Assembly: GCA_044892505.1 (NCBI GenBank)
Contig: CM097883.1
Location: 391,468,234-391,518,600, forward strand
Source: Schmidtea nova
Lineage: Eukaryota
Length of the DNA stretch: 50,367 bases
Direction of reading: 5' to 3'
A program made the translations under genes and the position numbers. This document shows positions 1 to 10,692 of this stretch, piece by piece (positions within the stretch are counted from its first letter, which is position 1; each line of letters opens with the position of its first letter). The notes under the pieces are model-generated. The model was not told where the DNA came from, searched no databases, and was given only the letters and a program-made list of their open reading frames with translations.

Positions 1-2003
1 TTGTTGATTTAATTATTTTTTATCCTCAGTTCTACTTTGAAATATCAACTCTTTAGCCATAAAAATGACTTCCAAGAAAATATTATTCAAAGAAAATCAA
101 CAATATAATAAAAATGTGGAAACAGTTATTCACATATTATGATCAGCAATAATTTAATATATTTAATTAGTAAAAAATCCCAGCAAAACAAAAACAGTTT
201 TTAATATTTACAGACATTTTGATGAGCAGCAAAACGCATATTAAAATTTAACAGGTAAAATGAATAAACTAAAACTAGTGAACATATTCATAAAGAAATA
301 TCAGGTCAACAAAATGTTTACAAATTATCAATATAAGCCTCGACCAAGGAGAATATGTAGACCATACCGCCCTTCCGCTTATGTGAGAGGGTCAAAGGTT
401 ATATCTATTTATACACGTGATATTTGACTATCCTTGTACGATTTGATGTATGGATAAGAACAATTATTATTAGATAATGCTGACAAGGATTAATTGGAAT
501 TTTCGACACATATTAAATAATTTAAAAATTATTAAAATTGCTGTTAATGCACCATTTAATTCATTAAAGACCCTGATTATTTGAATACCATTTCCATGGT
601 TTCCATGTGATTCTCACTGTTTCATATTGTAATGAGCTTTACAATTTGCATGTGATATCTTTTGTGGTTTGATAGGAAATAGTCTTAAATAATTGTGTGA
701 TCATTTGCTCATGAGGTATTTAATTTCAGTTTATTGGGTTGTCTGGAGATTCTGACTGTATGCAACGACTAAATATACTTGGTTTCATAGTTTAAAAGTA
801 ACTATGATACAAGTAGGTGTGTACATCTACTGGTTACTCGTAGTTACTTTGTTGAATTATTTATTTATTCATTTAGCCATTTTTTTAAAAAGTTTATTTA
901 TTAAGATATCTTTCAATACTTCTATTTTGATCATACTATCATATAAGATCACTATAGAAGCTTTGAAAGTTTATCTGTATTCTTCAATATTATTTTGATT
1001 TTATATTTATTAGCTTTTAAGAAAAATATGATTTTTTATAAAGATTTTTGGAAGTTTTTTACATTAAACGTAAGTAAAAATATTTGTTAACAATAGTTTA
1101 TTAATAAAATTAATCAGCCTCCGAATATTTCCATTATATTTGTTCTGCACTTATTTTTATTTAATTTTTAAATATTTTCTAACAAATTATGAATTTTTTT
1201 ACATTTTCTGGGAATTATTTTCATTTAAAGTAAGTTAAAAAAATCATTTTTAACCAAGAATTATTATTATTATTAAATAAAGATTTTCTATTTTTGAAAT
1301 ATTTTTTTTTGGATATTCCAAGAAATAATTTAATTAAGCTTAATTTTCTATTTCAAGAATTGCCAAATTTTATTGTCCTGTATTATCTGAGACTTCAAAA
1401 TGATCTAAATTTCAGTGTAAATATGTTTAAAATAATTAGACTGAATTATTTTTTGGCTACTGAAAACGGAAAAATTTTCCAAAATAATTTTTGGAAATTT
1501 ATGAAATTTTTTATTAAAATAAAACTTACGATGGTATTTATCCATTTTCTTGACAACTCGCAAAAACCAAACTATATTTTAAAAATAAATAAATTTATTA
1601 TAAGCCTTTTAACCGCGTAACAAGATGTACCCTTAAAAGTTTACAAGCAATTTTCATTATGTGTTGTGTTTGTGTGTATAATTTATTTTTATTCTTACTC
1701 ATTGTCTATTACATAATAAATTTTTTAAACTACTAAATATCAAAATTTAACACCAACGTAAGTTTTCATTTGCTAATGGTTATTTTTATTTAATATTATA
1801 AAAACTTTTAATGCATGAAACCAGGTGTAAGTGTGACGTATTGGACAGTTCACGCATTTTTCTTCTTATTGAAGATTGAATTGTGAAATGGTAAAATTAA
1901 AATTTTCATTTTTTACATTGTTGTATTACACTTTGTTTTTTTGTCTCCAAATTTTGTAATCGATTTTTCGTTCACTTCCGATTATCCAATTGAGCTGAAA
2001 TTT

Positions 2004-2051
<48 letters not shown>

Positions 2052-2904
2052 TAATGACAATGTAATATTGAATATTCTATGTGTATAACCTCAAAATTAG
2101 CCCCCGTCAATGGTGATGCAGATAACTGCAAAATATAAAATTATGTGAATATTGAACATCGAATTTTTAATAGAAGGCTATTAATTTTGTTTTCTGCTAA
2201 AATAATAATTTTCATATAATAATAATTAAAAAATGGATTACTTATCGAAGAACTAGAATGCTTAAAGTTAACAGGAGAAACACCTTTCAATGACAGTGCA
2301 CTTGCAGAAATAGTAAGACTGTGAATTTAATTAAAATTCTATATAAAACCATGTTCTTCCAATTTTTTGAATGATACTTGTTTTATAAAAACTACAGATC
2401 AAATTTTTATTTGTTAAAAAAGTACACGAATATTTGGCACTCTATTTCAAGTGTGCATTTAGACACTTGTAAGTAGTTGTTTAGAAAATTTGTGTACTTA
2501 ACCCGAAAACAATCGATCTTTAATCTTAATAAAAATATAAAAAATTTCTGAAATAGAAGCTTAAAGATCAAAAGCGAAAATAAGAGATAATAATGGTAAT
2601 TAAAATTGATTAATTTTTTCCAATTTCTTTTATCTTCATTTCAGACTAGATAAATATTTGTATTAATTTAAATCGAAAAATTATGATTTACTGTTTGAAA
2701 TGACTTTAAAAAAGTTATTGAAACTGAAAACAGTTGATTAATGGTGAAGAGGATAAAAGATTTTACTGACAATATCAATTCTTATTGTAAATAGTTTTCA
2801 AAAGTCATTTGTTTTTATATTCTGATTAGCGATACTTTGAACTCACTTATGTGTAATATTTAATAATCTAATTCCAATCCAAAAATGCTTATTTTATTAA
2901 TAAA

Positions 2905-3529
2905 ATGAATTTAGAAAAACATTTCTCATATATATTTTTACTTGTGATCTATTTTTTTATTTATACCGCCTTCCTTTATGTTCAAGTGTATGTAATGTCC
3001 CATTCTATACCTTGGTCATATTCCAGCTATGAAAGAAATGTGATACTGATCGCTATTGAGAGTTCAACAGTTTTGCTAGGCGGAATATTGGCGAGTAAAA
3101 TATATTTATATATTTCTCACTAAATCATACTTTTCAAATTAGCTTTTTTCGTTCCAGTGTATCTATTGTTGAGTTTTTCGTTGTTTTCATTAATAATAGG
3201 ACTTTCTCTTTTTATGTTTGACGTCTTTCTAAAAAATCAAAAACTGGGATCAATTTCTTTAGCAGGTGTCATTATGTTTGCAATTTTTTACGGGACTTTT
3301 AGATTTATTTTCCTATCAATTATTTTGGATCAGGTTTGGATTTTATTTATTTTTCAAATTTGATCGGCTTATAGGAGCAGTCAAAATTTATCAAAAAAAA
3401 ATTAATCGGATGGCTTGGAGTAATAAACCTTTCCTATGTGCTTGTCTACGTCATTCCCAGCCCGAAATTTAGCACATATTTATTGTTTTTACCAGTATCT
3501 CTCTCTATTATTGGAATTATTTTACTGGT
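2905..3529 (+). CDS. Host SLC15/PTR2 (POT family) peptide transporter-like gene A, exons 1-3 (2905-3094, 3143-3333, 3375->3529, runs into gap)
   Basis: Removing GT-AG introns 3095-3142 (48 nt, phase 1) and 3334-3374 (41 nt, phase 0) joins three ORF-track fragments into one open hydrophobic frame (..GGILA|TFFVP..IILDQ|EQSK..INLSYVLVY..). The same two intron positions occur in the paralogue at 49692. The family call rests mainly on the downstream exons. Confidence 0.75.
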
Positions 3530-3890
3530 NNNNNNNNNNNNNNNNNNNNNNNNNNNNNNNNNNNNNNNNNNNNNNNNNNNNNNNNNNNNNNNNNNNNNNN
3601 NNNNNNNNNNNNNNNNNNNNNNNNNNNNNNNNNNNNNNNNNNNNNNNNNNNNNNNNNNNNNNNNNNNNNNNNNNNNNNNNNNNNNNNNNNNNNNNNNNNN
3701 NNNNNNNNNNNNNNNNNNNNNNNNNNNNNNNNNNNNNNNNNNNNNNNNNNNNNNNNNNNNNNNNNNNNNNNNNNNNNNNNNNNNNNNNNNNNNNNNNNNN
3801 NNNNNNNNNNNNNNNNNNNNNNNNNNNNNNNNNNNNNNNNNNNNNNNNNNNNNNNNNNNNNNNNNNNNNNNNNNNNNNNNNNNNNNNNNN

Positions 3891-3950
3891 TATTTATATA
3901 ATTGATGCATATATTGTTGACATATTCGATATTATAAAGAAATTTAAAGG
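3891..3950 (+). CDS. Probable internal exon fragment of SLC15-like gene A (5' end in gap)
   Basis: Only one frame is open after the gap (YIIDAYIVDIFDIIKKFK), ending at a strong donor GG|GTAAGA at 3950/3951. Its phase does not join directly to 6368, so another exon may be hidden in gap 5901-6355. Confidence 0.4.
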
Positions 3951-4083
3951 GTAAGATAATTTATGGTTTAAAGAATTTTTATTTATTTGAGCTAAATTTC
4001 ATTTCGTGTGTTAGAAAACTTTCTCATTTATAAGGCCACTCATAAAACAGTCAATTGCAAGACAGTTTTAGGTCCTTTTAAAT

Positions 4084-5900
4084 CAAGGGTGAGCAACCTT
4101 TTAATTTAAATTTTAAAATTTTTTGGCGGGCCGTACATAAAGTAACACTTATTATTAATTTACAAAACTTTATTTATAATAAACATTATAATAAACAAAT
4201 ATAAAATTTTTTTAAAATATAAAGATTTCATATACAAATTTTAATGCAAAATAAAAACAAACAAGAAAACAGAAAAATGAAATTTTTAATGAGAAATTTG
4301 GCACTGTTTTTTCGATACAAGCTGATGAGAGTAGCTATACGTACTCAGCTTTCTAATCGTGCATCACTCATTCTTGATCGGTGGTCATTTTTGATTAATT
4401 TCATGGTTGAAAATAATAGTTTGCAAACATACATACTTCCGAACAGAGACGTCATTTGCTTTGCATTTTTCATCAAAATCGGAAATTTCTCAGGGCTCAC
4501 ATAAGATTTATAAAAGTTTTCGATGTTTACTGAGAAAAATACATTTTTTAAATCGGTATTATTTTGCATGTCAATCTCTTTTATTTGAAAGTCTACGGGA
4601 ACTGTATCTACATCGATATTAAATGGCGAGGAAAACATGTTCATGGAAACCGCTGTCTTTTCAGCTTTGAACATTTGGAATCGTAATTGTAATACATTGA
4701 TTAGAATGTCTATATATTGTGCGTATTTTTGATTAGTAATAACGTTTTCTTTTTCTAAATGTGGAAAGTGAAACACATTATTCTGCAAAAGATGCTGTTT
4801 CCACAATTTTAATTTGCGCTCAATGCCCTGAATTTTATCATACAAATTGTGAATAAACTGTCCTTTGCCTTGAAGTTCCACATTAAGATCATTGAGATGC
4901 TGAGTCATGTTGATAAGAAACCCAAAATCGCACATCCATTCTTTATATCCCTTCATATCCAAAAACAATTGTATTTCGCTTTTTAAGTTGTATACTCTTT
5001 TTAGCATTGTACCTCTACTAAGCCAAAGTACTTCGGTATTAAAAACCACGTCGCCATATTCAGTTTCTAAATCTTTCAGGAATTCTTTAAATTCACGGCA
5101 ATTTAACGCGCGCGACTTTATAAAATTGATTAGTTTAATTATTGGTACTGTCACATTTGGCAAGCTCAATCTTTTCGCACACAAATTTTCCTGGTTAATT
5201 ATGCAGTGGTTAACGAATATTTCCCTTTCTGTGACCTTCTTAATGTCTTGAAATAGCCTTCCCGATACTCATACTTCCATGCTTGACATTGCTCGAGCTC
5301 CATCTGTCGATATACCAATAATCTTTTCTAAGAAAATTGAAAAATTTTCCAACACAGACTTCAGTTCATTGTACAGGTCTTTGCCGGTTGTAATCCCTTG
5401 CATTGGAAACAGTGAACATAATTCTTCGGTAATATTAAATTTGGTGTCAATACCACGTAAAAATATAGCCAGTTGTGCTGTATCAGTAATATCACAACTC
5501 TCATCAAGTGCCAAAGAACAGTATTCGAATTTTGCAATGCGTTCACGAAACATTGTTGCTATGTTCTCGGACAAGTCTTCGATTCTCCTTGCAATGGTGA
5601 ATCTTGATAAACTAATGTTTGAAAAAATATTTATTTGATCAGAAAATGCTATTTCTGCAACAGCATTAACACATTTTTATATCATCTCTCCATCCGCAAA
5701 GGGTTTCATTTTTTTGCCAGTATTTGACTGACAACAAAACTAGCCTTTACTGCCGATTTTGATAAAATAGCTTGAGTTTTAAAAATAACCTGTTGTTTTC
5801 CAGGTTTTTTACCATTTGATTAAACTTATCTATCCAGAGTTGTCCTGTCAAGTTTTTATATTGTTGTTCATGTCTTGTATCGTAATGTTTTTTTTGTTAT
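4084..5900 (-). mobile_element. Decayed hAT DNA transposon (Buster/SPIN/GTF2IRD2-like transposase), frameshifted
   Basis: ORF pieces 5269-5574 and 4345-5184 carry hAT motifs SLALDES, STDGA..M, WLSRG and SPF. The C-terminal S(T)YxCE motif reads SMYVCK, so the catalytic Glu is lost. A terminal-like CAAGGGTGAGCAACC lies at 4084. The other end falls in the gap. Confidence 0.85.
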
Positions 5901-6367
5901 NNNNNNNNNNNNNNNNNNNNNNNNNNNNNNNNNNNNNNNNNNNNNNNNNNNNNNNNNNNNNNNNNNNNNNNNNNNNNNNNNNNNNNNNNNNNNNNNNNNN
6001 NNNNNNNNNNNNNNNNNNNNNNNNNNNNNNNNNNNNNNNNNNNNNNNNNNNNNNNNNNNNNNNNNNNNNNNNNNNNNNNNNNNNNNNNNNNNNNNNNNNN
6101 NNNNNNNNNNNNNNNNNNNNNNNNNNNNNNNNNNNNNNNNNNNNNNNNNNNNNNNNNNNNNNNNNNNNNNNNNNNNNNNNNNNNNNNNNNNNNNNNNNNN
6201 NNNNNNNNNNNNNNNNNNNNNNNNNNNNNNNNNNNNNNNNNNNNNNNNNNNNNNNNNNNNNNNNNNNNNNNNNNNNNNNNNNNNNNNNNNNNNNNNNNNN
6301 NNNNNNNNNNNNNNNNNNNNNNNNNNNNNNNNNNNNNNNNNNNNNNNNNNNNNNNTGCCATTAGTAG

Positions 6368-6710
6368 GTGTCTTTGACAGCAACGATAGTGAAAGAGATA
6401 TTATTTCAATTTCAAAGTCAATTATATTTTTCTTATTTTTAATTCCGTACGGAATTTGCGATTCACAAGTAATATTTATCATGAAATGTTTTTTAAGGTT
6501 TATTAATTTTTATTTTATTAGAATAGGTATGCTTACCAATATCAATCTAATTACTTGAGAATTTTTACCTGGAGTGGGTTTCTAGGTCCCGAGTCAAAGG
6601 TTTGATATTATTTTGATAATTTCTAGCATTGGGGGTCTGATGTTCTATAAAGTATTGAGACATCTCTCTGATTCGTTCCCTATTACGGAGTTCAAATAAA
6701 GAGAGGAATA
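6368..6710 (+). CDS. SLC15-like gene A, central exons (6368-6468 and 6522-~6710, the second frameshifted)
   Basis: ..SKSIIFFLFLIPYGICDSQ | NRYAYQYQSNYLRI.. across a 53-nt GT-AG intron (6469-6521) resembles SLC15A4 LIPYWTVYFQ|MQTTYVLQSLHLRI. The continuation FDIILII..VLRH needs a +1 shift near 6585-6600. Confidence 0.65.
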
Positions 6711-7616
6711 AAAATAAATTGTTTCCTAAACCATTCAAGAAAATAAAATATTTCTATGATAAAATATTTTATGACAATGTAGTGAATAGAAATAATTAAT
6801 ATCAATAATTCCAATATCAAAATTTCTTTAAATAAGTACACAATATTTCGGAACAGTATTTATCATGTGTGTATTGTATAAAGGCTGTGCCGAAATCGAT
6901 CAGTGGTGAGAATATAATTTTTTACGGTAAACATAGAGTTGAAGAAGAAAATGTTTTGTGATGAATGAAAAAATTACCTAAGAACAAGGTTTAACATGAC
7001 AATTGATCCTTGAATTTGAAAAATAATCCTTGACAACATGACTTGATAAAAATTTAAAGATTTATTTTTTCCTGATCTTTGTTGAAACAATATCTGCGGT
7101 AAGGTTTTTGACACTATATTGGTGGCAAACGCAAACCAAAGTTTACTAACAAGGAACTCTAATCATTCTTTATAATATTATTTAATGGGTTGGCACTTTG
7201 ATTGTCTGACAACCAATGATATATAATATGTTTTTCATGGGGTCTTCAGAATTGACTTAATTTGATGATATATATTTGAGCTGCAAGTAAAGCAATGAGT
7301 CTCATTTGAAGAAATTTGTTACCTTGTTTTAGAAAAATATATTTTTTTAATTTTTAAAATTTCTGAATCTTATAAAGCCATCATTTTTTTGTGTTAAATC
7401 CGTCTGAAATCGGTGTGATTACCAATAGCTTTACAATATTAAACTATTTACTTTTTGAAACTATATCAGGAGAATTAGTATTAATTGAGGTGCAAGGAGA
7501 TACAAAAATTCAATAAATCAATCAATGAATTTTGGAAATGTGTACCAACAATTCGGTGCAACAATTTGAAAAATGCAGCTTATCGTTTACTGTCCATTTT
7601 TGAATAGACATATGAT

Positions 7617-7720
7617 TAGCGTGACCATTTGCTCATTATTACCAAGGACAGTCCCCTATTTTGAGAATTTGTCCCGTGTCCCGTAAGGGACAACATTTGT
7701 CCCGTATTTCAAAAATTTCT
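7617..7720 (+). mobile_element. Solitary left end of a Blackjack-type hAT element
   Basis: TAGCGTGACCA terminus followed by GGACAGTCCC and several TGTCCCG subterminal motifs. No matching right end or TSD was found. Confidence 0.4.
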
Positions 7721-8338
7721 ATTAAAGTTAAAAAAAAAAATTATCAAATTGAAGCAAAAATGAAAATTTTACTCAGTAAAGTCGTTTATTATTTTTCAAA
7801 AAATTCCTCTGTTTCCCTCCCTCGAATGCCAATTTCCTACCCCTTATACAACATTCTGATAACCACAATATTGCGCTACTTTGTCAAATTAAACTTTACA
7901 ATTACCTAAAAAATTAAACTACAAATCAACAATAAACTATAAAAAATTAGTAAACTACATATTAGAAATATTTTATTCGTTATTTTCTAATTGAGTACTA
8001 CCTCTTTAAACATTAATATCAAACTGCAAACCCGCACCATACTTTTATCAAAACTAATGTAAGATAAAATAAAGGAAATCCCCTGCAGTTATGTGTCACA
8101 CAATTTGTTGTATAACATACAACATTTTGTTGAATCAAGGTAAATTAAATTCGGCTACAAAAAGTTTGCGTAAAGATAGAGTCAGTAGTTTTTAGAACTT
8201 ATTTTTAATAAATTAAAAGTTCTGCGCAGGAGTTTGAGAAATGGTTACTAAATTTGGAAACCATTTTGTTTCAAATGTTTAGTGTTAAAATGTCAAAATT
8301 GAGTAGGTAGATGTGTGGAGCCGGGAACAAAGACATTA

Positions 8339-8500
8339 TGACTCATGCGTGGGCGGAAAAAAAAGAACAAAGACCCCCCCCTCCCCCCGGGGGGGGGTAG
8401 AAATTTTTTTTTTTGGTGAGTCATCGATGAGTCATCGATGACTCATCGATGAGTCATACTTTTTTTTTTGATGAGTCATCGATGAGTCATCGATGAGTCA
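8339..8500 (+). promoter_or_regulatory. Array of AP-1/TRE-type sites in the left TIR (11-bp unit TGASTCATCGA)
   Basis: TGA(C/G)TCA at 8339, 8417, 8428, 8439, 8450, 8472, 8483 and 8494. Function is inferred from the motif only. Confidence 0.6.
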
Positions 8501-8523
8501 TAATTTTTTTTTTCAAAAATTTT

Positions 8524-8726
8524 TTTCGCGCCAAATTTTTTTTTTCAAAAATTTTTTTTCGCGCCAAATTTTTTTTTCAAAAATTTTTTTTCGCGCCAAA
8601 TTTTTTTTTCAAAAATTTTTTTCGCGCCAAATTTGTTTTTCAAAAATTTTTTTCGCGCCAAATTTTTTTTTTCAAAAATTTTTTTCGGGCCAAATTTTTT
8701 TTTTCAAAAATTTTTTTCGCGCCAAA
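8524..8726 (+). promoter_or_regulatory. Tandem array of 7 E2F-type sites (TTTCGCGCCAAA) in ~32-bp T/A-tract units, left TIR
   Basis: Six perfect copies plus one CGGGCC variant. The 12-mer matches the overlapping double E2F site of mammalian DHFR promoters. Confidence 0.65.
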
Positions 8727-9184
8727 TTTTTTTTTCAAAAATTTTTTTAATTAGTCCAAATTTTTTTTTACTAATTTTTAAAGACGAATTTTTTTTAAGA
8801 TAAATTATTTTTAGTCAAATTTTTTTTTAAAAACAAAATTCGAGTAATCAAAAATATTTACAACAGGTGTGCAAACAAAGACATTTTTTTTATGTGTGCA
8901 TGTTTAATTAATTATTATTTGTCAAGTATGAAGCTTTTGCACTTCAAAACCATCACAGAAGAGGTTCTGCTTCCAGGGTTCTGATCGCAATGTTCTGCTT
9001 CCAGGGTTCTGATACTAAATGTTCTGCTACATTTAATTATTATTTTTTCAAACTAAAGACATTGCAACACGCGTGCAACATGAACAAAGACATTGCAATA
9101 CACATGCAAACTAAACAAAGACACATGCGTGCAACACATAAACAAAGACATTAAAAAGACAAAATTTATTTATAAATATATCGT

Positions 9185-9950
9185 NNNNNNNNNNNNNNNN
9201 NNNNNNNNNNNNNNNNNNNNNNNNNNNNNNNNNNNNNNNNNNNNNNNNNNNNNNNNNNNNNNNNNNNNNNNNNNNNNNNNNNNNNNNNNNNNNNNNNNNN
9301 NNNNNNNNNNNNNNNNNNNNNNNNNNNNNNNNNNNNNNNNNNNNNNNNNNNNNNNNNNNNNNNNNNNNNNNNNNNNNNNNNNNNNNNNNNNNNNNNNNNN
9401 NNNNNNNNNNNNNNNNNNNNNNNNNNNNNNNNNNNNNNNNNNNNNNNNNNNNNNNNNNNNNNNNNNNNNNNNNNNNNNNNNNNNNNNNNNNNNNNNNNNN
9501 NNNNNNNNNNNNNNNNNNNNNNNNNNNNNNNNNNNNNNNNNNNNNNNNNNNNNNNNNNNNNNNNNNNNNNNNNNNNNNNNNNNNNNNNNNNNNNNNNNNN
9601 NNNNNNNNNNNNNNNNNNNNNNNNNNNNNNNNNNNNNNNNNNNNNNNNNNNNNNNNNNNNNNNNNNNNNNNNNNNNNNNNNNNNNNNNNNNNNNNNNNNN
9701 NNNNNNNNNNNNNNNNNNNNNNNNNNNNNNNNNNNNNNNNNNNNNNNNNNNNNNNNNNNNNNNNNNNNNNNNNNNNNNNNNNNNNNNNNNNNNNNNNNNN
9801 NNNNNNNNNNNNNNNNNNNNNNNNNNNNNNNNNNNNNNNNNNNNNNNNNNNNNNNNNNNNNNNNNNNNNNNNNNNNNNNNNNNNNNNNNNNNNNNNNNNN
9901 NNNNNNNNNNNNNNNNNNNNNNNNNNNNNNNNNNNNNNNNNNNNNNNNNN
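9185..9950. other. Assembly gap inside the Polinton (other gaps: 3530-3890, 5901-6355, 30339-30467, 36865-37653, 39436-39628)
   Basis: Runs of N. Confidence 1.
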
Positions 9951-10166
9951 TATTAATAATAATATTAATAATAATAATAATAATACTATAAATCAAAATA
10001 ATAAAACACTTAATAAAACATATAATAATAACTTATAATAACTTATAAAAATAACTTATCAAAAAGAAAAAAACTAATAAAAATAACTTATAAAATATTA
10101 ACAAAAAAAAAATAATAATTTCTTAGTTTTAATTGATTGCGCAATTTATTACAATCAAAATGTAAT

Positions 10167-10182
10167 GGCCCTAAAGAGGACC
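10167..10182 (-). terminator. Histone-mRNA-type 3' stem-loop 2 (GGTCCT-CTTT-AGGGCC) downstream of polB
   Basis: 6-bp stem and 4-nt loop with histone-like flanks (AAC...ATTACA). An AATAAA follows on the same strand at 10150-10145. Confidence 0.6.
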
Positions 10183-10436
10183 GTTAATTCGTTCACATTC
10201 TGATTCGGCTTTCTGAATATTTTCATCATTTGTTTCTGTGTATTTTCCTCATTTGTTTCGTATGATTTTTAATCATTTGTTTCGGATTATTTGTTTCTGA
10301 ATATTTTCATCAACATTTCTTTCTCTTTATTTTTATCAATTGTTTTGGATTATTTTCATCATTTGTTTCTGTAATCTTTTTTTTTCTTCATCTGTAAGCT
10401 AAAATTTAGTAATATTTGTTTACAATCATAAATTGT

Positions 10437-10452
10437 GGCCCTGAAGAGGGCC
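10437..10452 (-). terminator. Histone-mRNA-type 3' stem-loop 1 (GGCCCT-CTTC-AGGGCC) 143 nt after the polB stop
   Basis: Fits the GGYYYT-YTYN-ARRRCC consensus and is followed by ACAA, in sense orientation to polB. Confidence 0.65.
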
Positions 10453-10594
10453 GATTGTTCATTCTCATATCTTTTTTTTTTTTTTTGGTTTTTTGATTTT
10501 CTTTTTTTTTTTTTTGGTTTTTGATTTTCTTTTTCTGGTTTTTTAACTTTTTTTTTCCATTTCATTCTTATCATCTTTCTCCTTGCCATCATAA

Positions 10595-10658
10595 TCATGC
10601 GAAATAATCCCGAGCCGTCGGGTCATAGAAAGCGTAGGGGTCATCTTGTTGTTGAAGC

Positions 10659-10692
<34 letters not shown>

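Larger units (their letters stand above)
8302..9184 (+). repeat. Left terminal inverted repeat of the Polinton (at least 883 bp; inner end in gap)
   Basis: Reverse complement of 25335-26354 up to the gap edge. The copies differ mainly in homopolymer lengths and internal repeat copy numbers. Confidence 0.95.

Noticed and set aside
804-1620. Short hydrophobic ORFs 804-998 and 1294-1620
   Set aside because: Composition is what AT-rich non-coding DNA yields by chance, with no motifs or splice support.
8524-8726. Regularly spaced repeats superficially resembling a CRISPR array
   Set aside because: The intervening sequences are identical A/T tracts rather than unique spacers, there are no cas genes, and the context is eukaryotic.
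8493-8750. Phe/Lys-rich ORFs 8493-8750, 25828-26139 and 25937-26119
   Set aside because: They are translations of the non-coding TIR repeat array.
10359-10598. Lys-rich 79-aa ORF after polB
   Set aside because: Built from poly-A runs with no recognisable motif, and it runs through the stem-loop. More likely 3' UTR.
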